A stretch of DNA of 44,729 nt. Origin: Clostridia bacterium (GTDB taxonomy: Bacteria; Bacillota; Clostridia; UMGS1883; UMGS1540). The notes under the pieces are model-generated. The model saw only the letters and a list, made by a program, of their open reading frames with translations. It made no database searches and was not told the origin of the DNA. A program made the translations under genes and the position numbers. Position 1 is the first letter of the stretch. Every line of letters starts with the position of its first letter. Positions 1 to 8,737 of this stretch are shown here, piece after piece. The DNA is taken from positions 1-44,729 of the forward strand of contig JAZNUH010000041.1 in NCBI GenBank assembly GCA_045592225.1. Reading direction: 5' to 3'.

Positions 1-834
1 ATAGATATAATTTCAGAAAACAGCTTGTGCGGATATACACTAAACCCGATAATAAATATAACAACCGTTTTGCTTATTATTTTGGGTGGTATTGGATTTG
101 TTGTGCTGTTTGATTTGGTTAGGTTGATAGGGAACAAAAAGCGCAAAGGATTAAAATTTTTATCGCTGCACAGTAAAATTGCACTTTCAGTTACGGGATT
201 TTTGATATTATTTGGCACAATTTTTTTCCTTGTTTTTGAATGTAACAACCCGGATACTATGGGTGGATATACATTTTTTGAAAAGATTATGGTAGCCTTG
301 TTTCAATCGGTTACTTTAAGAACGGCAGGCTTTGCGTCAATAGCTCAGGAATATATTACGGATGCATCTGCATTTATATCAATTCTTCTTATGTTTATTG
401 GTGGTTCGCCGGCAGGAACAGCCGGAGGAATAAAGACGGTTACCTTTTTCGTTTTAATTGCAGGTACATTATCGGTTATAAAGAATAAAAGAACGGTAGA
501 TGTGTTTAACAGACAGATTACAACAGAAATGCTGAAGCGCTCTGTTGCTGTCTTTGCGGTTTCGTTATTAACAGTTATTGGTTCAACCATTTTACTTATA
601 ATTTTTAACGGCGGAGAATTTATTGATATATTATATGAAGCAGTAAGTGCTACGGCAACAGTTGGATTAACCCGGAATTATACAAGCACTTTAAACACAA
701 TGGGTAAAATTATTATTACATTAACCATGTATCTTGGAAGAGTAGGTCCTATTTCTCTGGCTTTTGCATTTGGTGTAAATAAAAGCAAAGAAAATTTGAT
801 TGAAAATCCTGTTGAAGAAATAAGTGTAGGATAA
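1..834 (+). CDS. ktrB: K+ uptake transporter membrane subunit, TrkH/KtrB family (5' end lies outside the window)
   Basis: Reading frame is open from base 1. Multi-TM product carries the GGSPAGTAGGIKTVTF pore-loop-like motif. A TrkA/KtrA gene follows 11 nt downstream. Confidence 0.85.
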   Translation: MDIISENSLCGYTLNPIINITTVLLIILGGIGFVVLFDLVRLIGNKKRKGLKFLSLHSKIALSVTGFLILFGTIFFLVFECNNPDTMGGYTFFEKIMVALFQSVTLRTAGFASIAQEYITDASAFISILLMFIGGSPAGTAGGIKTVTFFVLIAGTLSVIKNKRTVDVFNRQITTEMLKRSVAVFAVSLLTVIGSTILLIIFNGGEFIDILYEAVSATATVGLTRNYTSTLNTMGKIIITLTMYLGRVGPISLAFAFGVNKSKENLIENPVEEISVG

Positions 835-845
835 GGAGGATTTTT

Positions 846-1487
846 ATGAGTAAAAGTTATGCAGTTTTTGGTCTTGGCAGATATGGAAGAGCGGTTGTAA
901 AAGAGTTGTTGAATAATGGAGCAGAGGTTTTGGCAGTAGATCAGGACAGAAGAATTGTGGATGAGCTGGTAGACGAAATCCCGGTTTGCAAATGTGCGGA
1001 TATAACCGAGCCGGGAGTAATAGAACAGCTTGGTATATCGGAGATAGATGTTGTTGTTATTTCTATGGCAAAAAGCTTTGAGGCAAGCATTATGGCAACT
1101 ATGCTTTGTAAAGAAGCTTGCGCCAAAAAGGTTATTGTAAAGTGTTCTGATGAATCACAGTGCAGAGTTCTGAAAAAAATTGGAGCAGACGAGGTTATTT
1201 TGCCTGAAACCGAATCGGGAACACGACTTGCCAAAAATATTCTTAGTTCCGGATTTATAGATATTGCTGATATAACTGACAATATTTCAATTCTGGAAAT
1301 GGATATAAAAGCTGAATGGGTAGGTAAAACACTTAGAGAGCTTGATTTAAGAAAAAAATATAACATAAATATAATTGCTTTTAAAAATAGCAACGATGTG
1401 GTTTTTGCAAATCCCGACATTATTATTGAGGAAAGTATGAAAATGATAGTAATGACTGATAAGAAAGGTGTGGATTTCCTTAAATAG
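846..1487 (+). CDS. ktrA: K+ uptake regulatory subunit, TrkA/KtrA RCK-domain protein
   Basis: N-terminal Rossmann motif AVFGLGRYGRAVVKEL, about 213 aa. RBS AAGGAGGA lies upstream and the gene is paired with ktrB. Confidence 0.85.
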   Translation: MSKSYAVFGLGRYGRAVVKELLNNGAEVLAVDQDRRIVDELVDEIPVCKCADITEPGVIEQLGISEIDVVVISMAKSFEASIMATMLCKEACAKKVIVKCSDESQCRVLKKIGADEVILPETESGTRLAKNILSSGFIDIADITDNISILEMDIKAEWVGKTLRELDLRKKYNINIIAFKNSNDVVFANPDIIIEESMKMIVMTDKKGVDFLK

Positions 1488-1766
1488 GAAATAAACAACA
1501 CAGTTCACGAGTGTGAGGCTTTTTGTTTAAAGCTTAATAAATATTAGCTTGCCGACGGCGGAATGTTTGTTGCGAGTATAAGAGATTACCATGCCTTGCT
1601 TTTGAGCAGACCGCCCTATTCGCCGCCATATATACACAAAACCGCAGAGGGGCAGAGGGTAGCCTTTCAGGCATGGGAATGGAAGAGTGAAAATTTCCAA
1701 AGCAAACAGGGTTTTATCAACCCATTATAATTGCAAAAAAATGCTGATTAACAGGAGGAGAAAATT

Positions 1767-2177
1767 ATGTATTTAGGAGAATATACAGCAGATATAATTG
1801 ACGGAAAGGTAGAGTTTCCCTGGATGGTGGAGGGTGACAAAAAACTTGTGTGGCAGATATCCGAAAGCACAGTTGAGGGAGTTAAATCTGTAAACTACAG
1901 CATAATTGACACCGAACAGGCGGGGGAATATGCGTCGGGCGGAGATGAAAGCAGCTTTAAAATTTTACACCAGGGCGAGTTTACCGTTGATGACGAGGAT
2001 ATGTGGGAAGTACCCGAAGAAATGAAGGATTACTTTGAATCGGGAGAGATTATATTTTTCGGTATGGGCTTTATGGTGGAAATGATGTCACCTGAAGAAA
2101 TGGAAAAATATAATGATATGATGGATGATATTGAAGATATTATGGATATAATCGACGGTAAGAAAAAGGAGGAATAG
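1767..2177 (+). CDS. hypothetical, very acidic Met/Asp/Glu-rich protein (136 aa)
   Basis: ORF with strong RBS (AGGAGGAG, 7 nt spacing). First of three tightly packed genes. I recognise no family. Confidence 0.5.
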   Translation: MYLGEYTADIIDGKVEFPWMVEGDKKLVWQISESTVEGVKSVNYSIIDTEQAGEYASGGDESSFKILHQGEFTVDDEDMWEVPEEMKDYFESGEIIFFGMGFMVEMMSPEEMEKYNDMMDDIEDIMDIIDGKKKEE

Positions 2178-2181
2178 GCAT

Positions 2182-2394
2182 ATGATTACAATCTTTAACA
2201 GAAAACAGCTTATACTCACTTATGACATGACAATTCAGGCAAGGGTACGAGAAATTCTGGCGGCGAATGACATAGATTACTACATAAATCCCTATAAGTT
2301 TGACAAGAGATGCGTTGCACCTGAATATAAGATATATGTTTTGAAAAAAGACTACGAGAATGCAAAATACCTTATACGCGACGTATACAGATAA
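2182..2394 (+). CDS. hypothetical small protein (70 aa)
   Basis: Starts 4 nt after the stop of the previous ORF, with RBS AAGGAGGAA upstream. I recognise no motif. Confidence 0.45.
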   Translation: MITIFNRKQLILTYDMTIQARVREILAANDIDYYINPYKFDKRCVAPEYKIYVLKKDYENAKYLIRDVYR

Positions 2395-2407
2395 AAGGAG
2401 AGGTAAT

Positions 2408-3637
2408 ATGCTACACAAGATAAATGCAAATATATCCCACGCGATGTATTTTTCTGCCGCACCGGTAGGCGGGGAAAAAGAGCTTGACAGGAAACTTAAA
2501 GCAGAATTTAAAAATACGGTGATGTACAGTTCCAAGGGAGAAGCCGGAGAGCAGTACACAAGGGATATGCAGATTGTAGAAGATTTTTTAAGGGGCGGCG
2601 CACAGACAGGTAAGGTAATAAGATATTTTTTAAAGGATTTTTATGCCGAGCCGGAGCGCAACGGTCTTGACGGCTGGTGTGTTATGCTTACATTTTTTGC
2701 AAAAACCAATATACTTGCGCTTTCCTTTCACTATTCGCTGAAGGATACAGATGCGGATACACTCATAGCACGCAGACAGTCGGGAACAGGGAAGGAATAT
2801 ATTTTCCCGGACGGCACATATTCCTGTAAGGAAATTGCAAAAAGAGTTATTTTGGGTCTTGGACTTGAGCCCAGCATAGACGGAAGCTATCTGTGTGAAA
2901 TAACCAAATTTGGTGACTATACAGATATTGATAACATAAGAAATGAACACGCAAATCTTCTATACGGTCTTTTATCGGGTGATGAAGGATACGAGTTTGT
3001 ACCCGGTTATCTTGTAGAGGAGAGATTGGGAAATTTCTGGGGCAGCCGCAGCTTTACACGCCTTTATGCGTGTCATCAGTCGTGCCTGTTTTTCAATCTG
3101 CTGAAATCACCTGACTACGACAAGTATTTAAAAAGACAGACTCAATACGGTACCGACATTTACGGCGGGCCGAATCCCTATTTCTTTATAGGAGAGTCGC
3201 CGCTTACCGTCAATCATGGGGTTTTGTTTTCGGTGGAGTTTGTAATGATGCTTAAGGCGCTTGTAAAAGAGGTGCTTGCCTTCCACACTCACTATAATGA
3301 AAAAAAGCATGCTTTTTCATATACCAAAAGAATAAATGAAACAAGAGAATTAAGACGAAAAATTATAACCGTGCTTGAAGAAGTGGAAAGCACACCCATT
3401 TCAGAGATAGGCGAGATGAGTGGAATGCTTCTTAAGAGCCAGAATATTGCACCGGTTGTTGACCAGGTAAAATACCTGCTTGAGCTTCTGGAGGGGGATT
3501 TATCCCTGGCATATTCCGAATACAACAATGCCCTTATAACCGTTCTTACCATCGGAGGTCTTATTCTGAGTGCAATTCCTTATATTCCGGCTGTGCTTGA
3601 ATTTTTCAGAAATTTATTTTTTAATTTGTTGCACTGA
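2408..3637 (+). CDS. hypothetical protein with a single C-terminal TM helix (409 aa)
   Basis: ATG at 2408 is preceded by AAAGGAGAGG, so I prefer it over the track start at 2360, which overlaps the upstream ORF. The C-terminus has a long helical segment, then a hydrophobic stretch LITVLTIGGLILSAIPYIPAVL. Confidence 0.55.
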   Translation: MLHKINANISHAMYFSAAPVGGEKELDRKLKAEFKNTVMYSSKGEAGEQYTRDMQIVEDFLRGGAQTGKVIRYFLKDFYAEPERNGLDGWCVMLTFFAKTNILALSFHYSLKDTDADTLIARRQSGTGKEYIFPDGTYSCKEIAKRVILGLGLEPSIDGSYLCEITKFGDYTDIDNIRNEHANLLYGLLSGDEGYEFVPGYLVEERLGNFWGSRSFTRLYACHQSCLFFNLLKSPDYDKYLKRQTQYGTDIYGGPNPYFFIGESPLTVNHGVLFSVEFVMMLKALVKEVLAFHTHYNEKKHAFSYTKRINETRELRRKIITVLEEVESTPISEIGEMSGMLLKSQNIAPVVDQVKYLLELLEGDLSLAYSEYNNALITVLTIGGLILSAIPYIPAVLEFFRNLFFNLLH

Positions 3638-3646
3638 ATATATCAA

Positions 3647-3675
3647 TAAAACTGTCCATATCGGGCAGTTTTATT
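3647..3675 (+). terminator. intrinsic terminator after the 3-gene cluster
   Basis: Stem ACTGTCC/GGGCAGT (one G-U pair) is followed by TTTTATT. Confidence 0.6.
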
Positions 3676-3714
3676 GAATTTTTGCATTAAAATGAATAAT
3701 AATACATTTTACAC

Positions 3715-3743
3715 TTGAAAAAGCATTTAAAATATTGTATAAT
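3715..3743 (+). promoter_or_regulatory. sigma-A-type promoter for the TAXI-TRAP operon
   Basis: TTGAAA, 17-nt spacer, then TATAAT with an upstream TG (extended -10). Confidence 0.5.
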
Positions 3744-3788
3744 AATATCGAATTTTTCGAAATGTTTATAATTTAGGAGGACAAAACC

Positions 3789-4751
3789 ATGAAAAAACTT
3801 ATTTCCATTGCTCTTGCTATGGTAATGCTGCTTGCAGTTGCAGGTTGCGGTAACACAGCAGGAACAACAACAATGACAATGGGTACAGGCGGTACCGCAG
3901 GTACATACTACGGTTACGGCGGAGTACTGGGTCAGTACATTAAAAACAATGCAGGAATCAACGTAACAGTTGTTTCTACAGACGGTTCAAAGGCTAACAT
4001 CCAGGGTATCGACGCAGGCGACTACCAGCTTGGTACAGTTCAGTCCGACGTTATGGACTATGCAGTAAAGGGAACACGTTCCTTTGAAGAAGACGGTGCG
4101 GTTACAACATTCCGTACAGTTGCAGGTCTTTATGCAGAAGCAGTTCAGCTTGTAACAATGGATCCCGCTATAAAGAGCGTTGCTGACCTTAAGGGTAAGA
4201 GCGTTTCCATCGGTGCTCCCGGCTCGGGCGTATTCTTCAATGCTATGGACGTTCTCACAGCAGCAGGTCTTACAGAAAATGATATTCAGGCTCAGTACCA
4301 GTCTTTCGCAGACAGCGCTGATGCTCTTAAAGACGGCAAAATAGATGCTGCATTTATCGTTGCAGGACCTCCCACACCCGCTATCACAGAACTGTGCACA
4401 ACAAATGATGCATACCTGGTTCCCATCGATGGCGCAATAGCAGAAAAGCTTATGGCTGACTGCCCCTTCTACACAGTACACACAATTCCTGCAGGCACAT
4501 ATCCCGGCCAGGAAGCTGATGTAAACACAGTTACAGTTAAGGCTACACTTATCGTAAGCGCAGACGCTTCTGAAGAAGATGTTTATAAGCTTACAGCAGC
4601 TATCTTTGATAACATCGAAGCCATTTCTGCAGAAAACGCAAAGGGTAATGAGCTGAGCATTGAAAACGCAACAAGCGGTCTCACAGTTCCCTTCCACGCA
4701 GGTGCTGCAAAATACTTTGCTGAAAAAGGCGTAGAGGTTGCAGTTGACTAA
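3789..4751 (+). CDS. TRAP transporter solute-binding subunit, TAXI family (lipoprotein)
   Basis: Lipobox LLAVAGC, then GTGGTAGTYYGYGGVLGQY and STDGSKANIQGIDAGDYQLGTVQSD, which are typical TAXI motifs. A fused TRAP permease gene follows. Confidence 0.85.
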   Translation: MKKLISIALAMVMLLAVAGCGNTAGTTTMTMGTGGTAGTYYGYGGVLGQYIKNNAGINVTVVSTDGSKANIQGIDAGDYQLGTVQSDVMDYAVKGTRSFEEDGAVTTFRTVAGLYAEAVQLVTMDPAIKSVADLKGKSVSIGAPGSGVFFNAMDVLTAAGLTENDIQAQYQSFADSADALKDGKIDAAFIVAGPPTPAITELCTTNDAYLVPIDGAIAEKLMADCPFYTVHTIPAGTYPGQEADVNTVTVKATLIVSADASEEDVYKLTAAIFDNIEAISAENAKGNELSIENATSGLTVPFHAGAAKYFAEKGVEVAVD

Positions 4752-4767
4752 TTAATTTACGCATTAT

Positions 4768-4795
4768 AACGGCTGCGGCGAAAGTCGCAGCCGTT
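4768..4795 (+). promoter_or_regulatory. intercistronic hairpin between the binding-protein and permease genes
   Basis: 10-bp stem AACGGCTGCG/CGCAGCCGTT with an 8-nt loop and only a weak T tract. Such hairpins commonly set the excess of binding protein over permease. Confidence 0.45.
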
Positions 4796-4815
4796 TCAGT
4801 ATATAAGGAGGCAAT

Positions 4816-6798
4816 ATGTTACTTTTTGGAAAAAAGAAAGCCGCAGAGACAAATGAACCCATGGATCTCGATGCGGTAATGAAAAAATTTGACCGTGAGT
4901 CAAATGTCCGTATATGGGAAGGCGCGCCCAAAATTGTGGTGAATTGCCTGCTTGCGGCATTTGCAATTTTTTGCGTGGTAGAAATACTGCTTTTAAAGAG
5001 ACTTGAAGAACATCGTCTTACAACATTTGTAGCATTTATTACCATGCTGGGGTACATTGTTTTCCCTGCAAGAAAAGGTGTGCAGAAGGTTAATTATATG
5101 CCTTGGTACGATGTAGTACTTATGGTTTTGGGAACAGCTGCATTCCTTTATTTTGATTTTAATGCTATGGAAATTATTCAGCAGGGCAGTAAGTTTGAAC
5201 TCTACCAGATAATAATAGGTATTGTTGGTATTATATCTGTTACAGAGGTTTGCCGCAGAAGTGTTGGTCTTCCTATTGTAATTGTTGCGGCATGCTTTGT
5301 AATTTATGCAATGGTGTTCGGACTTCAAAACCCCTCATTTATGAAAAAATTAAATTACCTTGTTCGTAATTTGTTCTATACAAAAGAAGGTATTTTGTCT
5401 ACTCCTATTAATGCTTGTTCAAAGTTTATAGTTATATTTATTATATTCGGCGCTTTTCTGGAAAGAAGCGGTATTGCTGATTTCTTTATTAAAATCTCAA
5501 ATGCCATTGTTGGCGGATTTTCAGGCGGCCCCGCAAAGGTTGCGGTTGTTGCCAGCGCACTTGAAGGTATGGTTTCGGGCTCATCTGTTGCAAATACAGT
5601 TGGTTCAGGCTCTGTTACCATTCCTCTTATGAAGAGAACAGGATATAAACCCGAGTTTGCTGCGGCGGCAGAAGCGTCTGCTTCAACAGGCGGACAGATT
5701 ATGCCTCCCATTATGGGCGCAGCAGCATTCCTTATGGCAGACTTTATCGGTGTTCCTTACAGCAATCTGGTTGTACGTGCTATTCTTCCTGCAGTTTTAT
5801 ACTTTGCAGGTATATTCATTGCGGTACATCTTGAAGCAAAAAAAGAAGGTCTTCGAGGTCTTACTAAAGAAGAACTTCCCAGAATAAAGCCTCTGCTTAA
5901 AGATACATATTTACTTATACCTTTGTTTTTACTTATTTATCTTGTAAGCTCAAGCATATTTTCTATTCAGTTTGCAGCTGCTATATCAATTGGTGCTGTT
6001 ATAATAGTGAGCATAGTAAGCAACCTGATAAACAAAAAAGGTATTACCTTTGTACAGCTTATAAAGACTTTATTTAAAAACATATTCGAATCCTTTGCAG
6101 CAGGCGGTCAGGGCACAATTACTGTTGCAGCAGCTTGCGCAGTTGCAGGTATCATTTCGGGTATTATTACAATGACAGGTCTTGCAAACATTCTGTTTAA
6201 TGGTATTGTTGCTCTTGCAAGCGGTAAGGTTATAATTGCTCTGTTCTTAACAATGATTTGCTGTATCATACTTGGTATGGGTGTTCCTACAACAGCAAAC
6301 TACTGCATTATGGCGGCAACCTGTGCACCTATCCTTATCCGTATGGGTGTTCCCCAGATTGCGGCTCACTTCTTTGTATTCTACTTTGGTATAGTTGCTG
6401 ACTTAACACCCCCTGTTGCTCTTGCTGCATATGCAGGTGCGGCTATTGCACAGGCAAATCCCATGAAGACAGCGGTAACGGCAACAAAGCTTGCAATAGG
6501 TGCATTTATAGTTCCTTACGTATTTGCTTTAAATCCTGCAATGCTGCTTATTGACACAACAGCGATTGATGTTGTTCTTATATGTATAACATCACTTATA
6601 GGTATGTTTGCGGTTTCATCAGCACTTGAAGGATACCTCCTTCACAAAATGAGCTGGTATGAACGCATAGTAAATGTTGTAGGCGGTCTGCTTCTTATAT
6701 ACCCCGGTCTTACAACCGACCTTATCGGTCTTGCGCTGGTGGTAGCAGTTATTGCAATTCAGTTTCTTACCAAAAAGAAATATGCAGCAAGCGTGTAA
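4816..6798 (+). CDS. TRAP transporter fused permease (DctQ/DctM-like, TAXI-associated)
   Basis: 660-aa polytopic membrane protein directly downstream of the TAXI gene. Size and composition are typical of fused TAXI-type permeases. Confidence 0.85.
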   Translation: MLLFGKKKAAETNEPMDLDAVMKKFDRESNVRIWEGAPKIVVNCLLAAFAIFCVVEILLLKRLEEHRLTTFVAFITMLGYIVFPARKGVQKVNYMPWYDVVLMVLGTAAFLYFDFNAMEIIQQGSKFELYQIIIGIVGIISVTEVCRRSVGLPIVIVAACFVIYAMVFGLQNPSFMKKLNYLVRNLFYTKEGILSTPINACSKFIVIFIIFGAFLERSGIADFFIKISNAIVGGFSGGPAKVAVVASALEGMVSGSSVANTVGSGSVTIPLMKRTGYKPEFAAAAEASASTGGQIMPPIMGAAAFLMADFIGVPYSNLVVRAILPAVLYFAGIFIAVHLEAKKEGLRGLTKEELPRIKPLLKDTYLLIPLFLLIYLVSSSIFSIQFAAAISIGAVIIVSIVSNLINKKGITFVQLIKTLFKNIFESFAAGGQGTITVAAACAVAGIISGIITMTGLANILFNGIVALASGKVIIALFLTMICCIILGMGVPTTANYCIMAATCAPILIRMGVPQIAAHFFVFYFGIVADLTPPVALAAYAGAAIAQANPMKTAVTATKLAIGAFIVPYVFALNPAMLLIDTTAIDVVLICITSLIGMFAVSSALEGYLLHKMSWYERIVNVVGGLLLIYPGLTTDLIGLALVVAVIAIQFLTKKKYAASV

Positions 6799-6814
6799 AT
6801 TATTTTAAAAGATA

Positions 6815-6843
6815 TTGACAAAAAAATATGTATGTGTTAGAAT
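6815..6843 (+). promoter_or_regulatory. sigma-A-type promoter of the T-box leader
   Basis: TTGACA, 17-nt spacer, then TAGAAT preceded by TGT (extended -10). Confidence 0.5.
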
Positions 6844-6849
6844 AGGTTA

Positions 6850-7128
6850 AAAGCAATGAACGGAACCAAGTAGGCTATGAGCGGAGAAGAGAGAAACGGC
6901 GGTTGGTGCGAGCCGGGGTCTTAACATAGTTCGAATACAGTCCGGGAGCTGCAGGGGAGAAATAGCAGTAACTCCTGACGGGGGCGCCCGTAGAAACGCG
7001 TGAGTAGTACGGTAGTATGGTTTTTTCGTTTACTCAATGAGGCAAACGACCGTGAGGTGTTTGTGAACTGAGGTGGTAACACGGATTTATTTTCCGTCCT
7101 CTAATAGTTTATTAGAGGACGGTTTTTT
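6850..7128 (+). promoter_or_regulatory. T-box riboswitch leader, probable Tyr (UAC) specifier
   Basis: Stem I shows K-turn halves AUGAA/GGAGC, an AGUA S-turn (6869-6872), an AGAGA bay and a GGUGCGA distal loop (6905-6911). The specifier loop reads CGAAUACAG, with UAC at 6936-6938. The T-box sequence AACUGAGGUGGUAACACGG lies at 7066-7084. The terminator CCGTCCTCTAAT/ATTAGAGGACGG plus T6 lies at 7094-7128. Confidence 0.75.
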
Positions 7129-7167
7129 ATTGCCTGCCGTTCTCGATGAAAATTAGAAAAAGAAAGG

Positions 7168-8712
7168 ATGGTAAAAATGGCAGTAAAAATTTTAATGTTG
7201 GTAGTGTTTTTTGGTATTATGGTAGGTGTCGGTTTCTATTGCAAAAAGCATACAACCGACGTATCGGGCTTTGTTCTCGGCGGTAGAAGCGTAGGTCCCT
7301 GGCTTACAGCCTTTGCTTACGGTACTTCTTATTTTTCAGCGGTAATTTTTGTAGGTTATGCAGGACAGTTTGGTTGGAAGTTTGGTGTAGCATCCACATG
7401 GATTGGTCTTGGTAATGCGTTTATCGGTTCACTTCTTGCATGGATAATTCTGGGCAGAAGAACAAGACTTCAGACACAGCATCTTGAAACTGCAACAATG
7501 CCCGAATACTTTGGCAAACGTTATCTCAGCAGTGCAATAAAGATAGTTGCATCAGCTATTGTATTTATATTCCTTATTCCTTACACAGCATCGTTGTACA
7601 ACGGTCTTTCCAGACTTTTTGAAATGGCTTTCCCCGCTGTTTCTTACGATGTTTGCGTAATTGTTATGGCAGTTCTTACCGGTGTTTATGTAATTGCCGG
7701 CGGATATATGGCAACAGCTATTAATGACTTTATTCAGGGGATTATTATGCTGGGCGGTATTGTGGCAGTAATTGCGGCAGTACTTGGCGGACACGGTGGT
7801 TTTACAGCGGCTATTACCGAGCTTGCAAAAGTTCCTCATGAAATTCCCGGTGCATACGCGTCCTTCTTCGGCCCCGACCCCTTTGGTCTTTTATGTGTTG
7901 TAATTCTCACTTCACTGGGCACATGGGGACTTCCGCAGATGGTACAGAAGTTTTATGCTATAAAGAGTGAAAAGTCAATCAGCAAGGGCACAATTATTTC
8001 TACAATCTTTGCTATTGTTGTAGCAGGCGGTTGTTACTTCCTGGGCGGATTTGCGCAGATTTCGGGTGTTGCTGTTGATGGTGGCACTCCCGTAGGCGGC
8101 TTTGATGCGGTAATTCCCGCAATGCTTGAAAATCTTCCCGATATTCTTATCGGTATTGTCATCGTACTGGTGCTTTCTGCATCAATGTCCACACTTTCAT
8201 CTTTGGTAATGGCATCAAGCTCTACGCTGACCCTGGATATGATAAAGGGACATATTGTAAAAAATATGAGTGAGAAAAAACAGGTTTTCATTATGAGAGT
8301 GTTTATAGTGGTGTTTATTGCAGTTTCTGCATTTATTGCCATTAATAAAGATAAACTTGGTTACATTGCAGATATGATGGGTATTTCCTGGGGCGCACTT
8401 GCCGGTGCATTCCTGGCACCCTTCCTCTACGGTTTATACTGCAAATGGGTTACAAAGGCATCGGTTTGGGTATGCTTTATTTACGGCGCAGGTCTTATGA
8501 TTGCCAATATGCTGTTCAGATCAAGCTTTCCTGCAGCACTGGCATCACCCATTAACTGCGGTGCAGTTGCAATGATTGGCGGACTTATTATTGTTCCCAT
8601 TGTTAGCCTTGTAACCCCCAAACTTAAAAAACAGGTTGTAGATGAAATGTTCACCTGCTATGACGAGCAGGTTACAGTATCTGCCAAGCAGTCACTTGGC
8701 GAAATAAAATAA
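7168..8712 (+). CDS. sodium:solute symporter family (SSF, PutP/PanF-like) transporter
   Basis: About 13-TM product with SSF-like N-terminus GFVLGGRSVGPWLTAFAYGTSYFSA. ATG 7177 has better RBS spacing than 7168, so the start is uncertain by 9 nt. Confidence 0.85.
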   Translation: MVKMAVKILMLVVFFGIMVGVGFYCKKHTTDVSGFVLGGRSVGPWLTAFAYGTSYFSAVIFVGYAGQFGWKFGVASTWIGLGNAFIGSLLAWIILGRRTRLQTQHLETATMPEYFGKRYLSSAIKIVASAIVFIFLIPYTASLYNGLSRLFEMAFPAVSYDVCVIVMAVLTGVYVIAGGYMATAINDFIQGIIMLGGIVAVIAAVLGGHGGFTAAITELAKVPHEIPGAYASFFGPDPFGLLCVVILTSLGTWGLPQMVQKFYAIKSEKSISKGTIISTIFAIVVAGGCYFLGGFAQISGVAVDGGTPVGGFDAVIPAMLENLPDILIGIVIVLVLSASMSTLSSLVMASSSTLTLDMIKGHIVKNMSEKKQVFIMRVFIVVFIAVSAFIAINKDKLGYIADMMGISWGALAGAFLAPFLYGLYCKWVTKASVWVCFIYGAGLMIANMLFRSSFPAALASPINCGAVAMIGGLIIVPIVSLVTPKLKKQVVDEMFTCYDEQVTVSAKQSLGEIK

Positions 8713-8737
8713 AGTGCAAATGAGAGGAAAATGAAAA

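Noticed and set aside
1500-1766. A third copy of the E1/E2 element in the ktrA-downstream leader, based on a shared 10-mer TTGCGAGTAT.
   Set aside because: It is a single short match that could arise by chance. The other conserved blocks are absent, there is no closing inverted repeat, and the spacing differs.
3987-4697. 236-aa Cys-rich ORF antisense to the TAXI binding-protein gene. Similar long antisense ORFs occur at 941-1501, 12580-13335, 20893-21417, 22744-23556 and 42246-42875.
   Set aside because: Each lies wholly inside a well-supported gene on the other strand. They lack RBSs and have low-complexity or odd composition, so they are shadow ORFs.
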